A stretch of 64,000 nt of DNA, from contig NC_045696.1 of the NCBI RefSeq assembly GCF_009834535.1, positions 80,292,001 through 80,356,000 of the forward strand, in the 5' to 3' direction. How positions within the stretch are numbered: position 1 is the stretch's first letter; every line of letters starts with the position of its first letter. This document shows positions 59,901 through 64,000 of this stretch, piece after piece. Under the pieces are notes generated by a model that made no database searches, had not been told where the DNA came from, and saw nothing but the letters and a program-made list of their open reading frames with translations. The position numbers and the translations under genes are program-made. The stretch comes from Camelus ferus. Its lineage: Eukaryota.

Positions 59901-61511
59901 AAAATTTTAGGTGAGCACTTAATACTTCAAGTTAATAGACTTTCATAATTAGAACCAGCTGCTTACCCCACATCATGATAGCTGAACAAAAGAAAGCTAA
60001 TTAGAGTTAAAGTTAATGTTTCCAGCAAAATATGAGAAAAAGCCCTGGTCCTTGCCATGGGAGCAGAAGGACACTGTCCTATATTATGGGTGACTTTTTT
60101 CACCTAAGTTATAATGAAGTTAATTCTTTTCAGCACTGCAAGTCTAAATAACCCTGTTCCTTTAAAACTGCCTCTTTTGTGCACGTAAGAAACATTTACT
60201 GAGTACCTAGCTGTGTGCCAGTCTTGGGAAACTAAAAATGAGTAACAAGCCCACGTTAGTGAATCCTGTCTAGTTAGGGCCCCAAATGACACATACACAG
60301 CGCTTCCTCCAAGCCTGTAGCTCTGCTGGAGCGTACGCTCAGCACTGACTGAATTCAGAGGCAAAGCGAAAGTAAACGAGAGGCACAGCCTGCTGTCTCG
60401 GGGCCATAATTATTTTAACCGTTACTCTCTGCACACATAATATAAATAGGTTTCATCCCCTATCTTGTGTCCAGAACAAGTGAATGAAGTACTCAAAACA
60501 TCATGTTTAAAGTTAATGCTTATTGAATAGGGAGAAGCAAAAAACTCAGTACAAACTGTCCCTGATTCAACTGTGGCTTTTCATGTACCACTACCTGCCT
60601 TAATCACTTCTTGGAAAATGCAGGAAACACATGGTTAGGAGAAGAATGCTAATCCCCATCTACTGAGCCGGCCCTGGTGTACTATGTTTTCACCTATTTT
60701 CAACACGAAACTCTTGTTTATAGCTGTTAACAGTAAGAAACATATTTGGGGGCATCTATGTGATTGTTTATTAGTAGTTGTATGGCTATAGGTCTAAATA
60801 TGTGATATTAAACAAATAGCAAGATTCAAAACAGCCAATCTGCCAATAAAATCTAAATTATGAATGGATTAACGTATACTCTAGCAAAGCCTGAGGTATA
60901 CATACTGGGCAAACAATGCTTTTTCCGTGTGAAACAGCAATCACTGTTCTTGGAGAAGCAGAACGTTCTTCCATGTACAGGTAGGAAAGCATGGTAGGTG
61001 GAATAAAAGGTTTTTAAAATGATGAGCAGGCAAGGAATGTACTGTTGGGAAGTGAATATTGTTAAATGTCAAATGATGTGTTGTGAAATTTGGTAGCATT
61101 TCATCCTTTAAGCATTTTTACATTGCTGTGGGACAGGACAGTGCTAGTAGCATTAAAGATGACTGAACCTCTGCTCTCTACGTGAGCTGAGACTCTGAAA
61201 CCAATCATATCTGTGCACTAAGATGAAACGGTTACACACATAAAATCACTTACTGTGAAATGAAATATACTGTATAAAATGAGACTGTAAAATGAAAGGG
61301 AACAATAGTGTTTTTGCTCTTACTGAAGAGGAATGATGGAAACTTTGGTAATAATCACCCACTGATATTAATCAACACTGGTGGCTGTCATATTTAAAGT
61401 TTGTGCAAAATGTGCTTACAGCAATTCATTCTTTGTTAATATGAAGTGTCAGATAAAAGCGCTGTGAAAGTTACCAAAATTTTCTTTGATTCTTTATATA
61501 AATTAAAAATT

Positions 61512-61629
61512 GGGGGGGGGGGGAGGTAATTAGGTGTATTTATTTTAATGGAGGTCCTAGTAATTGAATCCAGGACCTCATGTATCCTAAGCATGCACTC
61601 TATCACTTGAGCTATATATACCCTCCCCC
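61512..61629 (-). mobile_element. Vic-1-type SINE (diverged)
   Basis: Minus strand GGGGAGGGTATATATAGCTCAAGTGATAGAGTGCATGCTTAG...GAGGTCCTGGATTCAAT...CCTAATTACCTCCCCC. Confidence 0.85.
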
Positions 61630-62129
61630 AATTTAAACATTTTTATTTAAATAAATTCTTTATTACTTATATAAGGAACATCAACCAGCAAATTAGAAAA
61701 AACTCTGGATCAAATTATTTTCTACTTGTTTTGTGTGTCCAGAGTCTCAACAGTTGAATAAAGAGGTCTTTACAATTATACTAATGTTTCAGAAGGCAGG
61801 TGGCATTTGTCTTTGACTTCCTGAGTTGATATAAACATTTCCCCCACCCACCACAGTAAAAGTGTTGGTAAAGAATGGGTCTCTGCTTTCCTAGTGGAGT
61901 AACAGTATTATATCCTGATTTCACATAATTAATAAGTCCCGGGAATGTTGCGGAAACCTACAGAGTATGGGAACCTTCCATAGCCGATGACAGGATAATG
62001 TGGGGCTTTCTGAGAATTTGGATCAAAAAGGGTGTGAAGAATGATAAAAAAAAAAACCACAAATTCTTTATCTGGCTATACTCCAATCCCATTCTCTCTC
62101 TGGATGAGTTTATCCTGTGATCTGTACAG

Positions 62130-62280
62130 CTTTGCTACTCAAATTAGTCCACAGACCAGCAATGTCAATGTCAGTTGGGAGCCTGAACCTCGGCCCCAGA
62201 CCTACTGAGTCAGAATCTGCACTTTAACAGATTCTCAGGTGAGTCCTACGCACATTAAAGGGTAACAAGCAATGACCAGA
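62130..62280. mobile_element. MER5A
   Basis: gctactcaaa...gtccacagaccagca...cggccccagacctactgagtcagaatctgcactttaacagattctcaggtgagtc. Confidence 0.85.
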
Positions 62281-62707
62281 GCTCCCGAGTCACAGGCCTC
62301 AAGGACTGATTGACAGGTCATATAACTTTTATAAAGAAGGCAGACAGGACATGGGCTTCCTTAGTTAGGCTGACACTACTTCCCTCTAGAGTAAAACCAC
62401 TGGCACTTTAGTTTTCAATTACATACTTAAGAACATCACTGCCAATATCAAATACAGAACTTAAAACTCTTTACAAGATTATGCTTGAGAACGGAAAATT
62501 TAAGGGTACCACCACATACAAAAAAAATGTAAGTTAGGGCTAGTATACCCTAAAGAACTGGGTGATGGGTATATGTGAGGCAATTTCTATGCCTGATTTT
62601 AAGAAAAATGTAGCTCACTGGTCACTGAATCATTCACGGCAACAGGCAGAGACCAGGAGCCGCCTGACCCTGACGGGCTGCACACACGCATGCGCACCGG
62701 TTCTTAC

Positions 62708-62835
62708 CTGTTTGTACTCAGATTCTCTTCCAACCAATACCTGCAGAATGTAGCTGACAGGGTCGCCTTTCATTGGTGGTACCGTCTCCCATAAAATTTC
62801 ACATGAATTTCCTTCTAACTGTGTTACTCGAGGTG
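62708..62835 (-). CDS. FNDC3B: FNDC3B penultimate coding exon (128 nt; not in the ORF track)
   Basis: tttcag| acceptor and CAG|GTAAG donor. Reads (A)PRVTQLEGNSCEILWETVPPMKGDPVSYILQVLVGRESEYKQ, in phase with VYKGEE of the last exon. Upstream exons lie beyond the window. Confidence 0.97.
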
Positions 62836-64000
62836 CTGAAATACAAATTCACACATCCAAGCTCAAAATTCAAAGTATCGTATTAATAATCAATATTTTA
62901 GTACTATTAGAACCCAGAGGGAGGGTGATTGCTTGAGTCTGCCCTGAGAGGGGAATTTATTTGCCCAACCTCTTTATCAAACTAGCAAGGCACCCTTTAC
63001 ACAGAGAAGACACTCCACGTCTAGCAGGCCATTGGTGAAAGATCCTTTGCTCATTATCTTGTAACTGCACTTGGCCTGGATTGCATTTTTGTTGTCTTTT
63101 TTTCCGATGGCTAATGAGCACCTTCTATGCTGTTAGGTTCTCTGGGGGATACAAAAATAAGTATGATAAATACTACTTTCAAGGAAATTAAGACCTGGTT
63201 GAAGGAAGGGGTGAGAATGGTATGAAACAAGTACAGACCAAAAAACCAAAACTGTAAGGCAGATCAAAATGCAGTATAAACAACATGTTGGGGAATTCTA
63301 AGGGAGGGAAGGAAAGTCACACCTGTGGGAGAGTCTAAGGAAGGTTTGAGAAGCAGGCGACATTTGAGATGAGCCTTTAAAAGTTAGCTTACATTTGTAT
63401 TTTTTTAGTTTATTTTTCACCTACTGGACACTCCTCATTCTGGTTTAAAGCTAAATTATAGTAGTTTGCAGTAAAGCCTTTAAATATTATAGAATTTTAA
63501 AATATTTTCTTATAGCTTATGATATATCTCTACAGCTTAATTCAATACATTTTTCTATTTTTAACTAGAATGTGTAACTCCTTTCTAATTTCTAATTACA
63601 TGAACTCTTTAGAGGCAGTTATTTCTACCTGTAATTCTGAGAAAATAACTTATCTTAAAAAGAAAAAAAAAAATTGGTATTAGTTGGCCAAAACTCCAAG
63701 CAATTTATGGAAAAACTAAATAAAGACTCATCAGACTAAACAGTCCTCTAGCTAAGACAGTAGTTTCCTGAATCTGAGAGAGAGAGGAAGACGACCTGCC
63801 CAAGTGCACATGTGAGGAAACTGCCCTTCTGAAGAAAACGTACCGCGACATGCAAGGGCTACGGATTTCATGTTCTGTTTTCAACAAAATGCAACTCCCC
63901 CAGCAATCACTTTCAGAGGCAAAGGTAGTGCCAGAAAGATCTCTGAAGTTAGCCGGCTGGTAAATGTGGCAAACCTTCCTGCCACAACAACAAACCTAGC

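Overview
Mammalian genomic DNA, very likely a camelid, judged from four Vic-1-type tRNA-derived SINEs. It is the GHSR-FNDC3B interval with the two genes tail-to-tail. The complete ghrelin receptor gene GHSR lies on + (CDS 6467-7262 joined to 9485-9789, 366 aa), with an intron-read-through 1b-type ORF to 7411. The last two coding exons and ~3.2 kb 3'UTR of FNDC3B lie on - (62835-62708, 53458-53147, PAS 49967-49972). The ~38 kb between the genes is mostly transposon-derived: a deleted class III ERV provirus (20.2-22.8 kb), a nested LINE-1 cluster (26.7-43.4 kb), and MaLR, L2, MIR and MER relics. I see no new protein-coding system. The best leads are: (i) a 41-nt L1/flank junction present both at an apparent primary insertion site just past the FNDC3B poly(A) signal and inside a chimeric retrocopy 19 kb away; (ii) a (TG)n repeat that sets the frame of two upstream ATGs relative to GHSR; (iii) a frameshift-extended GHSR1b tail; (iv) a strong RE1 site upstream of GHSR; (v) TSD-bounded composite retro-insertions. 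Repeat family names and cross-species comparisons are from recall and need RepeatMasker/BLAST confirmation. Repeat edges are approximate unless a TSD is given.
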